Shown here in pieces: positions 8,809 to 17,210 of a stretch of DNA of 64,000 nt. Source of the stretch: a virus. The stretch's first letter is position 1. The number at the start of each line of letters is the position of its first letter. The notes below the pieces were generated by a model. The model did no database searches and was not told where the DNA came from. It worked only from the letters and a program-made list of their open reading frames with translations. Position numbers and translations under genes: made by a program. The stretch lies in IMG/VR virus record IMGVR_UViG_3300010373_000002, positions 1 through 64,000 of that record. One strand, written 5' to 3'.

Positions 8809-9030
8809 ATGAAATATCAGGTTGCTCCGGTGATTCATGGCGTGGTTTCGGTCGAATTCGCCGTCGAGTGTAATTCCGTTTCTCCTTATGAAGCCGTTCG
8901 AAAGGTGCATGAGGGAGGACGGAATTGGGGTTCAAGGGAATGGGCGGTCCTACAAGATGGAGATTGGTGGGTTTACACGGCGGAAACAGTTATCACTGTT
9001 AGCGGAGTCAAACTAGGGAGACTCAAATGA
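8809..9030 (+). CDS. Hypothetical protein
   Basis: ORF coupled by ATGA overlap to next gene. Confidence 0.6.
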   Translation: MKYQVAPVIHGVVSVEFAVECNSVSPYEAVRKVHEGGRNWGSREWAVLQDGDWWVYTAETVITVSGVKLGRLK

Positions 9031-9302
9031 ACAAGTTCGATTACAAAGGTTGGGACTTGTGCGAGGCGATCGACTCCTTAATGGCTTACGATCACGGTTG
9101 CACCGACAGCGGCGTTAAAGATGAAGCCATGAGATACGCCGTCTTGAATTATTTGCGCGGCCTTGAAAAGACGGAACGCCACGAGCAAGAGAAGAAGATC
9201 GGCCTTTACTTTTTTAACGAAGAGAGATTCAAACAAGGCTATGGGTTGTCTGACTTCGTAGGGTTGATCGACTGGTTTCGAGATCAAGGGTACGATTTGT
9301 AG
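9027..9302 (+). CDS. Hypothetical protein
   Basis: GGAG RBS; last base of TAG coincides with the second IS end. Confidence 0.75.
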   Translation: MNKFDYKGWDLCEAIDSLMAYDHGCTDSGVKDEAMRYAVLNYLRGLEKTERHEQEKKIGLYFFNEERFKQGYGLSDFVGLIDWFRDQGYDL

Positions 9303-10243
9303 TCAACGACCATCGCCTAAAGGCGACGGATTGCATCCTGTAATAACCGACCGTCGTCGATCGGCGTTCCGGTTGCCATAGGCGAGTTGACGATCGCCCT
9401 TGCCCGGATATTCCGGGCCGCATTGAGGTCGGCATGTTCGGCGAAACCACACGACACACACCGGAATTCCGATTGGCTCTTGCGGTTCGCTTTGGCGACG
9501 TGTCCACAAGCCGAGCATGTTCGAGATGTATTGCGCGGATCAACCGTCGTCACGAATACCCCGGCGAGTTTCGCCTTGTATTCCACAAAGGACCGAAGTT
9601 GAAAGAAAGACCAGCTTCCCATTCTCGCCCGTTGACTCTTCTTGAACGGTCCCCTGTCTCGGATACCCTTGAGGTCTTCAAGAGCGATCCCACGGCAGGT
9701 GTCTTGAGCGTCTTTAACGAGCGACTTGGAAATTTGGTGATTGATGTCTTTCCGGTAGCGCGACTCCTTTTGTCGCATGTGAACGATCGCCTTGTGACGC
9801 GCCCGGCGCTTACGTCGGCTTGCCCCGTGAGTCTTCTTCCCTATCGCCCGGCGACGGCTCATCGCCGTGATGCGTTTCGCTTCGATAGCCGAGTTCGAAA
9901 ACGACTTGCCATCCGAAGTCACGACGATATTGCAGACGCCGAGATCGACACCGATGAAGTCTGTGGACGGGACCGGCGTTCCGTCTGGAACGTCCACCGT
10001 AACTATCAAGAACCACTTACCGTCTTTGCGGAGAACGAGGTCGGATTGCCCCTTTCGAAGCGAGAACCGGTCGGCTTGGTATTTACCCATAACGAACGGT
10101 ACGACAACCCGGCCGTTGAGCGTCGAGATGCTTACTCGGTCAATCCCTTTGAAGCCGATGTTTTTCCCCATCGAATAAGGAACGGCGGCGTGCTTGCGGA
10201 AATTGGGCCGGATCGACTTGTTTCGCTTGTACGCTTCGCACAC
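9302..10243 (-). pseudogene. tnpB: 5'-truncated tnpB / IS200-IS605 remnant (ORF 9317..10243)
   Basis: RuvC GVDLG / ALEDL / HADLNAA and CSAC...CVSC present; begins mid-protein (CEAYKR) with no RBS; right end CCGTCGCC-TTTA-GGCGATGG...TTGAC at 9329-9302. Confidence 0.85.
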
Positions 10244-10249
10244 GATAGG

Positions 10250-10606
10250 ATGCGATCTATCGGATATTGTCCTTCTCCGATTTTCCCTACTGATGAGGAA
10301 CTAAAATACGAGGCTTCTTCCTATCTTGAGTACAAACTTCGGTACATGGTCGCCTCTGTTCGTCGCGTTGGCAACAAGTATCAATGGAAAGCGTTCGGAG
10401 ACGGCTTCGATGAATCCGGTGTTTGCGATGATCAAGTCTCGGCGCAGCGGCAGGCCGAGGACGCTCTGCTGAGGATCGAAGAGAAAGAACAGGAAGCGTA
10501 TCGCGCAAGATACAAGGAAGAGAATCGTTGTTATGTGGAAATCAAGAGTCCTCCCCGTCCAATTTGCTACCTTACGACTCAGGGACTTCCTGTTTATTAT
10601 TTCTGA
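10250..10606 (+). CDS. Hypothetical protein (start uncertain, possibly truncated)
   Basis: 3' part of the 9434..10606 frame lying outside tnpB. Confidence 0.55.
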   Translation: MRSIGYCPSPIFPTDEELKYEASSYLEYKLRYMVASVRRVGNKYQWKAFGDGFDESGVCDDQVSAQRQAEDALLRIEEKEQEAYRARYKEENRCYVEIKSPPRPICYLTTQGLPVYYF

Positions 10607-10623
10607 TCGACACAAAGGAAGCG

Positions 10624-11775
10624 ATGAGATACCTCTCTTTGTTCAGCGGCATCGAAGCCGCGTCCCTGGCGTGGGAACCGCTCGGTTGGGAAGCGGTCGC
10701 GTTTGCCGAGGTAGACCCGTTCGCTTCCGCCGTGCTCGCCCACCGTTATCCGAGCGTGCCGAACCTTGGCGACGTGTGCGGTGTCGGCCCGGAACAGTTG
10801 GATGCCTTGGGCAAAATAGACGTGGTTATATTCGGCTCGCCTTGTACTGATTTTAGTCTGGCCGGCAAAAAAGAAGGGATCAAAGATAAGGATGGAAATC
10901 GGACTAGAAGCGGTCTATTTGAAGAAGCTGTCAGAATTGTGCGCCTCGCCGCCGAACGAAACGGACTGCGTTGGTTCATTATGGAAAACGTACCGGGGAT
11001 GCTCTCCACAAACGGAGGGAGTGACTTTTGCGAGGTTATTCGCGAGATTTGTGGATGTACCTTTCCCGTGCCGAGCAATGGATGGCGCGGAAGCGGCGTC
11101 GTCGCTGGAGAAGACGGCGGATGGTCGCTCGCGTGGCGAACTCTTGACGCTAAATACTTCGGAGTCCCCCAACAGAGACGTCGAGTCTTCCTTGTCGGAC
11201 ATCTTGGACACTGGACCAATCCCGCAGCGGTACTTTTTGTCGGCCAAAGCCTGTCGCGGAATTCTTCGAAGGGTGGAAAAACGGGGAAGGATTATACGCG
11301 AGGACTTAAAGGCGGCACTAGAGGCGGCGGCGGGCAATCCTCAAGCGATGGACAAGAGCCTTTGATTGCTCACTCCGTAAGAACTCAAGATCGGCGCGTC
11401 GGCAACACGACGTTCGCGATCGGCGAGGACGCGGTTTGTTTGCGAGGCGAAGGCCACGGCGGCGGACATGCGGCGATCGCCTATCAATGCCAAGGAACCA
11501 ACGTGGGGCCGATGGGAACGATCCGCTCCGGCAACGGCAACTCGACGGGTGGTGTTCCGTTTTTAACTCACGAAGACACAAAGGCGGTTCGGCGACTCCT
11601 TCCGGCCGAGACGGAAAGACTCCAAGGGATGCCGACTGGCCACACGGACATCCCCTACGACAAAGCCGGCAATTCTCCCGACACGCAACGTTATCGCGCC
11701 ATAGGCAACTCGTTCGCCGTTCCCGTCGTGCGATGGCTCGGCAAAAGGCTTCAAGAAGTGATGGAGGTAGAATGA
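10624..11775 (+). CDS. dcm: DNA (cytosine-5)-methyltransferase
   Basis: LSLFSGI (I), GSPCTDFS (IV), ENV (VI), QQRRRVF (VIII), RRL.P.E.ERLQG (IX), GNS (X); AAGGA RBS before ATG 10624. Confidence 0.95.
   Translation: MRYLSLFSGIEAASLAWEPLGWEAVAFAEVDPFASAVLAHRYPSVPNLGDVCGVGPEQLDALGKIDVVIFGSPCTDFSLAGKKEGIKDKDGNRTRSGLFEEAVRIVRLAAERNGLRWFIMENVPGMLSTNGGSDFCEVIREICGCTFPVPSNGWRGSGVVAGEDGGWSLAWRTLDAKYFGVPQQRRRVFLVGHLGHWTNPAAVLFVGQSLSRNSSKGGKTGKDYTRGLKGGTRGGGGQSSSDGQEPLIAHSVRTQDRRVGNTTFAIGEDAVCLRGEGHGGGHAAIAYQCQGTNVGPMGTIRSGNGNSTGGVPFLTHEDTKAVRRLLPAETERLQGMPTGHTDIPYDKAGNSPDTQRYRAIGNSFAVPVVRWLGKRLQEVMEVE
10892..11365 (+). CDS. Nested +1-frame ORF resembling M.EcoHK31I beta-type polypeptide (start uncertain)
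   Basis: GELLTLNTSESP...SSLSDILDTG..PQRYFLSAKACRGILRR.EKRG motif. Confidence 0.6.
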   Translation: MEIGLEAVYLKKLSELCASPPNETDCVGSLWKTYRGCSPQTEGVTFARLFARFVDVPFPCRAMDGAEAASSLEKTADGRSRGELLTLNTSESPNRDVESSLSDILDTGPIPQRYFLSAKACRGILRRVEKRGRIIREDLKAALEAAAGNPQAMDKSL

Positions 11776-12031
11776 GAATATTAAAGAGAATCAAGGAAAT
11801 TCTATGTTGGGTGGCAGCTATCTCGTTGGTTGGTCTACTGATCTATATTGTTTCGACCGAGCCAGAGCCAGTCAGCGCTTACCAACAAGGAATCCTTGAC
11901 AGAGAAAAGGCTTACATTTACGCGACAGAATCCGCAAAACTGAAGGCTTATCGTGACGCCGGAGTCGATCTTTCGGCGTGCAAGTGCGGCTGTTCGGCGA
12001 AAACATCTAACAAGTGATGGAGGTAGAATGA
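11756..12031 (+). repeat. 20-bp direct repeat AAGTGATGGAGGTAGAATGA at 11756-11775 and 12012-12031
   Basis: Exact match; each copy contains RBS and ATG. Confidence 0.9.
11772..12017 (+). CDS. Membrane-anchored hypothetical protein
   Basis: ATGA overlap, GGAGG RBS; TM helix ILCWVAAISLVGLLIYIV. Confidence 0.75.
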   Translation: MRILKRIKEILCWVAAISLVGLLIYIVSTEPEPVSAYQQGILDREKAYIYATESAKLKAYRDAGVDLSACKCGCSAKTSNK

Positions 12032-12306
12032 ACGTCAATGTCCCATTCCCGGAACTAGAGGATGATTGCCCTATTTGTTATTCGTATGCAAAGGGCGACC
12101 ATATCACCAAAAGCGAGTGCGAATATTGCGGCAATGACCGAGTTATTCTCACCAGCGAAGGCGAGGCGATTATTGAATTGGTCAAGCGTCATCTCCCAAG
12201 GTTGTTGCGGGAACTCAAGGAAGAGGGGAAAATGAAACATCCGGTGGCTCTACCGGAACCGCTCCCGCCGAAATACGAGGCTGAAAACCATGCGAATCGA
12301 CGTTGA
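12028..12306 (+). CDS. Anti-TRAP (RtpA)-like Zn-binding protein
   Basis: LEDDCPIC...CEYCGNDRVILTSEGEAIIELVKRHL. Confidence 0.6.
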   Translation: MNVNVPFPELEDDCPICYSYAKGDHITKSECEYCGNDRVILTSEGEAIIELVKRHLPRLLRELKEEGKMKHPVALPEPLPPKYEAENHANRR

Positions 12307-12367
12307 GCGGATCATGGCTATCGTGGACGAAGGCGACACATTCAACTAAAAATAATAGGGGTCGAAC

Positions 12368-12595
12368 GTGGACGAACTGACGCTCCCGACGCTTGAGAAG
12401 GTTTGTGGTAAATGTGGAGGTTGCGGAGGAGAATTCGACAGGCGGGATTGGTTTCCTTGTTGTGAGTGCAAAGGTAAAGGCTATTTCCCAACGGAGGCCG
12501 GACGCCGTATTCTGGTGCTCATGCGTCACAATCTACCGGCGATGTCGCGCGACGATGGAAATGTGCTCGAAATATTAAGCAACTTAGGGAATTGA
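12368..12595 (+). CDS. Anti-TRAP (RtpA)-like Zn-binding protein
   Basis: LEKVCGKCGGCG...CCECKGKGYFPTEAGRRILVLMRHNL. Confidence 0.6.
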   Translation: MDELTLPTLEKVCGKCGGCGGEFDRRDWFPCCECKGKGYFPTEAGRRILVLMRHNLPAMSRDDGNVLEILSNLGN

Positions 12596-12598
12596 GCA

Positions 12599-12769
12599 AT
12601 GCGAATTGACGTGGAACGGATCATCGCCATCGTGGACGAACTCGACGATCACATTGACATTGTTTGCGGACTAATGGAAGTACAGGAACATCTTCTTCGG
12701 CAACAACGGCGCATAAAAAAAGACGCAACCTCGGCGAGTCCCGGTTGGGATGCCGAAGCCGCGTCTTGA
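12599..12769 (+). CDS. Small hypothetical protein MRIDVERIIAIVDE... (56 aa, below ORF-track cutoff)
   Basis: Translated by hand; AGGG upstream; N-terminus duplicated at 12290. Confidence 0.6.
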   Translation: MRIDVERIIAIVDELDDHIDIVCGLMEVQEHLLRQQRRIKKDATSASPGWDAEAAS

Positions 12770-12782
12770 TCCGTTCCAGTAA

Positions 12783-12977
12783 TCAGATCGAGTCGATTTG
12801 CTCTTGCATGGAATCCATTTTCGACCGCATCTCCTTCATCTCGGCCAGGACGATCTCAAGGCTCGCCATCGTTTGCTCTATCGCGACCCTCTGCCAGTCC
12901 GACCCCGGATGAAACCGAGAGTCGGTCAATGTCTTGCGGAGGTCGTGCAGCTTCTCGGTCATCTTTTCTAAGCTCAT
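12783..12977 (-). CDS. Small coiled-coil protein
   Basis: Last gene of the minus operon. Confidence 0.6.
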   Translation of the reverse strand: MSLEKMTEKLHDLRKTLTDSRFHPGSDWQRVAIEQTMASLEIVLAEMKEMRSKMDSMQEQIDSI

Positions 12978-13270
12978 GGGATTATTTCTTGTTGTTGGTT
13001 CTCAGGACACATATCTGATTCTTCCGTCACGAAGCACTCCGGTGGCAACCGACACCAGACGCACTCCCAAACAAATCCTACAAACAATTTCATGTCCTTC
13101 TCGTCGGGTTCGTGTCCCGTGGCGGCGTCGATCATCGCTTCTAGCGGCGACCGCTTGTCCACGCCGAGATTGCACTCGAACAAACGATTAAACTCGGCGA
13201 CCAACTCTTGGTTCCTGGCACAATAGAGCACTAAAGCTTTGAAGTCGTCGAGCATTCCATTAGGTTCCAC
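12974..13270 (-). CDS. Hypothetical protein (LEAMIDAATG...FV.ECVW..L)
   Basis: GGGAG RBS and GTG start at 13270. Confidence 0.7.
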   Translation of the reverse strand: MEPNGMLDDFKALVLYCARNQELVAEFNRLFECNLGVDKRSPLEAMIDAATGHEPDEKDMKLFVGFVWECVWCRLPPECFVTEESDMCPENQQQEIIP

Positions 13271-13271
13271 T

Positions 13272-13835
13272 TTATGCTCCCACCGCAAGAGGTTCTAACA
13301 AGCCTTCCCCGAATACCTTCTCCGCAGGCTGTAGCAACTCCCTGAAGTCCGCGACCTGTCGCTCCGTCTCATTATCGTAACATCCTTTGTAACTCGCCGC
13401 CGAGGCCAATGCCGCCGCCGAGTAGACGGGGATGTTGTGCCGAGTGTTCTGGAGGCAGTAGGACGCCGGCAGAGACCAAAAGTTGCGGGTGCGAGGGTCG
13501 GCGAAGTAGACCTTGGCGAAATCCTCCGTCTTCTTTTTCTTCTTCGCCCTGGCTACCTTGATCGCCTTCCGCTGCATCTCCACGTCTTCCTTCATCTGCT
13601 CGGCACGGTCTAGCGTGCGTGACGCGGCACGGCAAGCGCACTCGAACGCAACCTCGGGAGACAAGCGGTCGGGTCGAGTCAGAAACCAAACCCGGTCGAT
13701 AGCGGGGATCGGCAGGTCCAGAATCTCGTTGAGATCGAGGGACTTCCGATCGCCCCACAGTAACTCGATTCGCTCGCGAGTGTACTCTGCTCCGGGTTCC
13801 AAGAGTACGGCCTGGCTCACGGTGAGACCTTTCAA
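13272..13835 (-). CDS. Hypothetical protein
   Basis: Operonic ORF with overlapping junctions. Confidence 0.7.
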   Translation of the reverse strand: MKGLTVSQAVLLEPGAEYTRERIELLWGDRKSLDLNEILDLPIPAIDRVWFLTRPDRLSPEVAFECACRAASRTLDRAEQMKEDVEMQRKAIKVARAKKKKKTEDFAKVYFADPRTRNFWSLPASYCLQNTRHNIPVYSAAALASAASYKGCYDNETERQVADFRELLQPAEKVFGEGLLEPLAVGA

Positions 13836-14218
13836 GAGACTGCCTTTTTCATCGCTTCTCGCTCTCGTTCCTGCATCGAAGAAGACGCATCGGAGAGTTC
13901 AAGAGCCGATTGCCTTGTTCTTTTGTAGGCTTCTTCGACGGTAATTGACGGGACTTCGATGAGATCGTAGCGGTCGAACTCCCTACAATCTCGGACCCGA
14001 ACAAAAACCCTGTCTTTGAGGTAGCTAGATTGATCCGAGAAGGCGACGTCAACCGTCTGGTTGCGATACTGTTTAAGTTCACGCCTCAGCTTAGCTATCT
14101 CGGCGTAAATATCCCGCAAATGCCATCCGACAGGAGACGTTCTGCTTGGAACTTCCCTTTGGATATAGTCCGGCCAGAACTCGCCGTCGAACAGTTCCCC
14201 GTTGTCGTTGATGGTCAT
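13832..14218 (-). CDS. Hypothetical protein
   Basis: ATGA coupling. Confidence 0.7.
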   Translation of the reverse strand: MTINDNGELFDGEFWPDYIQREVPSRTSPVGWHLRDIYAEIAKLRRELKQYRNQTVDVAFSDQSSYLKDRVFVRVRDCREFDRYDLIEVPSITVEEAYKRTRQSALELSDASSSMQEREREAMKKAVS

Positions 14219-14583
14219 TCTGATTCGGCCTTTCTAAGCTCGTTGATTCTGTCGGTCGCTTTGCCGATTTGTTCCGCCAGGGACACAGATTGACTTTCGG
14301 CTCTCTCCATGTCGTATTTCAGCCGAGTTTTCGTCGCAAGAACCTTGATTGACTGGAGGGTTTTCTCCTCAAGGAGTTCTTCCGTGGCTTCAAGTTCCGT
14401 CTCAAAAGCTTCCTTTACGTCAAACCATTTAGATTCGTCTAAATCCTCGATGACTCGGAAATAGTTCTTTTCGTTGATTTGGCAATGTTCCAAGATTTCG
14501 ACCTTCTCGACTCTCGCCGGCGGGCCTCCGCGAACATACCTTGTAACCCAAACGAAGTCGCCGACTTTTGGTAGGTGGATCAT
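14215..14583 (-). CDS. SH3-like plus coiled-coil protein, paralog A
   Basis: P.VGDFVWV...F.T.LEA.E. Confidence 0.75.
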   Translation of the reverse strand: MIHLPKVGDFVWVTRYVRGGPPARVEKVEILEHCQINEKNYFRVIEDLDESKWFDVKEAFETELEATEELLEEKTLQSIKVLATKTRLKYDMERAESQSVSLAEQIGKATDRINELRKAESE

Positions 14584-14936
14584 CGTTTTTCCTCTGTCTT
14601 TCTAAGTGTGGCGATTCTCAAAGAAACTTCGTCGATCGCTTCTTTCGTCGAACGATGAGCCGATGTGACTCTCAAGAGGGAACTATTCAGATTGTGAATC
14701 TCGTAAAGGCGACGATCATTAAGAGCGGCTATTTCATTAACATAATCCTCAAGAGCCTCAAGTCGAGTTGGGAAAATATCCTTAGTCTCAAGCCAAAGTT
14801 CGCCGCACTCACCGATCACCGTGAAACGTGACGGCTGATCAACGAACTCTGATTGGCGGATGATTTCGGCTTTCACGGCATCATGTTTGTTCCCCATAAC
14901 CCAAACGAAGTCGCCGATTTCCGGGTCGTTGATCAT
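14580..14936 (-). CDS. SH3-like plus coiled-coil protein, paralog B
   Basis: GGAGG RBS, ATG 14936; PEIGDFVWV...FPTRLEALE. Confidence 0.75.
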   Translation of the reverse strand: MINDPEIGDFVWVMGNKHDAVKAEIIRQSEFVDQPSRFTVIGECGELWLETKDIFPTRLEALEDYVNEIAALNDRRLYEIHNLNSSLLRVTSAHRSTKEAIDEVSLRIATLRKTEEKR

Positions 14937-14955
14937 TCGTCGCCTCCCTGTGGTG

Positions 14956-15291
14956 TCAGATCGAGTCGAGCAAGGCTTTGGCTTCGTCGGAAAAACCGGC
15001 GACGAACTCATTCCAGAGCTTTTTGTTTGTTTCCTTCTCGTCGGTTTCCCTGAATCGCCTCAACATTTCGTACATCTTCGGCGCAGCGGTGATGAGGCGA
15101 GCGTTGGATTCCATGTCGCCGGATGTTTTCATGATCAAGCCTCTCTCGTACTCGTATTTCCACGAATACGTCGGCTCGCCGACAGTGCAAACAAGAGGTT
15201 CAAGATGGACGTATTGGGCATCGCTTGGAGTCGGCGCCCGAACGAAATTTCCGGGAAAACACTTCCACTCGCCCGGCGTGAAGTTGAGCAT
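14956..15291 (-). CDS. Conserved phage protein (TPG.W...NARLI.AAP.M)
   Basis: Common phage motif; AGGAGG RBS. Confidence 0.85.
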   Translation of the reverse strand: MLNFTPGEWKCFPGNFVRAPTPSDAQYVHLEPLVCTVGEPTYSWKYEYERGLIMKTSGDMESNARLITAAPKMYEMLRRFRETDEKETNKKLWNEFVAGFSDEAKALLDSI

Positions 15292-15303
15292 GGTTCTCCT
15301 CCT

Positions 15304-15495
15304 TTACCAGTTTGAGCGAAATTGCTCTTTGACCCACGAATCGGAGTGATGTTCCTTGGCGATATTTTCTAATACCGCAACTTGTTTCTTGAGGTCGCCG
15401 ATTTGACTCTTGAGCGATGCTTCAAGTCTGTCTATAGTATTGCCGATCATCGCTGCTATTTCTGCTCGGCCAAGAGCGTCATCATGCTTGTGCAT
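15304..15495 (-). CDS. Small hypothetical protein
   Basis: GGAG RBS. Confidence 0.6.
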   Translation of the reverse strand: MHKHDDALGRAEIAAMIGNTIDRLEASLKSQIGDLKKQVAVLENIAKEHHSDSWVKEQFRSNW

Positions 15496-15496
15496 A

Positions 15497-15880
15497 TTAT
15501 CTCCATGTTCTCGGTAGTTCTTCGATCCATTCGGCCCCGTCGTCGTCTTTGATCGTCCATCCTTCTAAAGTATCGAAGGGAATATCAACCACTTTCACGA
15601 TGTCGAGTTCATGTGGGAAACCTTCGGCCTCTTTTCCTAAAGATTCGATGACGCCGACAAACCTGGGGTCGGAGCGAAGGGCTTTGTCGTAGTAGTTTGT
15701 GATGTAAAAAATATCCTGAGAGGTCCACGGACCACCACCACGAAAATCGGCTTCGTTCGATTGATTTGGTTCGCCATACGGATCGAACCCTTTCTTTGTG
15801 TACCCGAGTTCGACGAGCATATCGACGGCCTTTCGGCTCAACTCGAATCCGCCTGGCGTAGTGTGGATGACGACTTTCAC
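15497..15880 (-). CDS. Conserved phage protein, paralog A (KVVI...GGF.LS...R.DP)
   Basis: GAGG RBS, GTG 15880; ends EWI.E..RTWR. Confidence 0.85.
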   Translation of the reverse strand: MKVVIHTTPGGFELSRKAVDMLVELGYTKKGFDPYGEPNQSNEADFRGGGPWTSQDIFYITNYYDKALRSDPRFVGVIESLGKEAEGFPHELDIVKVVDIPFDTLEGWTIKDDDGAEWIEELPRTWR

Positions 15881-16170
15881 GAGTCTTCGCTTCCTCTCCA
15901 TGTTCGGTGGTCTTCCGCGATCCATTCTTTGCCTTCGCTTTCTTCGATCCTCCATCCCCAGATGGAATCAAATGGGATGTCGATCACTTCAAAACTCTCG
16001 TAGTCGGAGGCTTGTTTGCCAAGTTGTTCGACCACCTGGACCAATCTCGGATCGCAACGGAAGGAATTGGAGTCGCAATCCTTGAGGTTGACCCCGAGAG
16101 CCAAGAGTTTATTCTTGGCGACTTCGGAAAGCGCGAAACCTCCAAAGCGAGCGTTAATGACGACTTTCAT
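15877..16170 (-). CDS. Conserved phage protein, paralog B
   Basis: GGAGG RBS, ATG 16170; same motifs as paralog A. Confidence 0.85.
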   Translation of the reverse strand: MKVVINARFGGFALSEVAKNKLLALGVNLKDCDSNSFRCDPRLVQVVEQLGKQASDYESFEVIDIPFDSIWGWRIEESEGKEWIAEDHRTWRGSEDS

Positions 16171-16679
16171 GCCGCCTCCTCCATTTCCGCCCAAAGTTTC
16201 TCGATAGCCTTCAGGTCATACCAGCGGCCGTACAAGCGATCTTGGTCCAAGCCCTTGACCTGACTGTCGATCGCCATGACCGGCCTCACCTTGAGCCGCG
16301 AGGAGCCTTTACGGACATCCTCGATCGTACACCAAAACTTACTTACCGACCTGCCGCAGTCGAGCGTGCCGGTCAATAGAACCTCGTCGCCGGCCGAGTA
16401 GAACGCCGCCAGCATCGACCCTCCAAAGCTGCCATGTTCCGCCAAAGAGATCGCCTCGATATCGTAGGTGCGGATAAACTGGGTTGCGCCATAGCCATCG
16501 CTGAATTCTAACTGCGTCGTCACGCCTTGCAGGTAGGGCCAAACCTTCATGAGATTCCGCTCTTTATTGATGCCGTGAATGATACAGCGGTGATTATGAA
16601 CCCGTAGGCCCCTTGGCGAGTACAGAGTCCCCGTGATCCTCACGTCGTCGAGCGGCCCATAGTCGGAGATGTCAATCAC
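16167..16679 (-). CDS. Hypothetical protein with internal duplication
   Basis: Two units D.V..TGTL...C.I...KV.P...YD..AI. Confidence 0.75.
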   Translation of the reverse strand: MIDISDYGPLDDVRITGTLYSPRGLRVHNHRCIIHGINKERNLMKVWPYLQGVTTQLEFSDGYGATQFIRTYDIEAISLAEHGSFGGSMLAAFYSAGDEVLLTGTLDCGRSVSKFWCTIEDVRKGSSRLKVRPVMAIDSQVKGLDQDRLYGRWYDLKAIEKLWAEMEEAA

Positions 16680-16876
16680 AGTTTAACCTCTTTCCAACCG
16701 CCTCTCGTTTCAGTCACTCGGACCTTGCCGAGATACTTTTTCTTGGGAGATTTCTTGGGGTCTCCGTACCAAGGGGAAGAAACGCAAAGCATCGCTTGAT
16801 CTTTAGAGTCAAAGCGAACCGTTGTCGGCTTCTCGCCCGGAGTCGTTATTCTCACTACATACATGATGCTTGCCAT
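16676..16876 (-). CDS. Small basic hypothetical protein
   Basis: GGAG RBS. Confidence 0.6.
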   Translation of the reverse strand: MASIMYVVRITTPGEKPTTVRFDSKDQAMLCVSSPWYGDPKKSPKKKYLGKVRVTETRGGWKEVKL

Positions 16877-17084
16877 TGTTCTCCGCTTTCCTTTTCTCGA
16901 TTACGCTGTCTAGTTCATAAATCGAATCCCACCTCCAGACCTCTCCCTTGACGTGGAGCCTGTTGCCGCAGCGACGACAATCCACGGATGACCCTTCGTG
17001 GTCGCCGCCGCCGCAGTCAAGGTGGTTCGTCAGAGCGGCTTTGCAGCACTTCGAGATGCCGCCGATCGCCAGGTTCTTAGGCAA
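16809..17084 (-). CDS. Zn-ribbon hypothetical protein
   Basis: SKCC...CRRCG; AAGGAG RBS. Confidence 0.6.
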   Translation of the reverse strand: MPKNLAIGGISKCCKAALTNHLDCGGGDHEGSSVDCRRCGNRLHVKGEVWRWDSIYELDSVIEKRKAENNGKHHVCSENNDSGREADNGSL

Positions 17085-17210
17085 CCTTGTCTCCTTCGGG
17101 GTCCATATCCCATTTCGCCATATCCTTGCGGTCCCGGATCGCCTCGATCGCCATCAGTGTCGCCAAGAAGATCATGCCGAGGCCCATGCCGATCAAAAAG
17201 TCAACGGAGA

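Noticed and set aside
9434-10249. 390-aa + strand ORF 9434..10606
   Set aside because: Mostly the antisense shadow of tnpB; only the part from about 10250 is plausible
10624-11775. Complete restriction-modification system
   Set aside because: No adjacent restriction endonuclease recognisable; treated as an orphan methyltransferase
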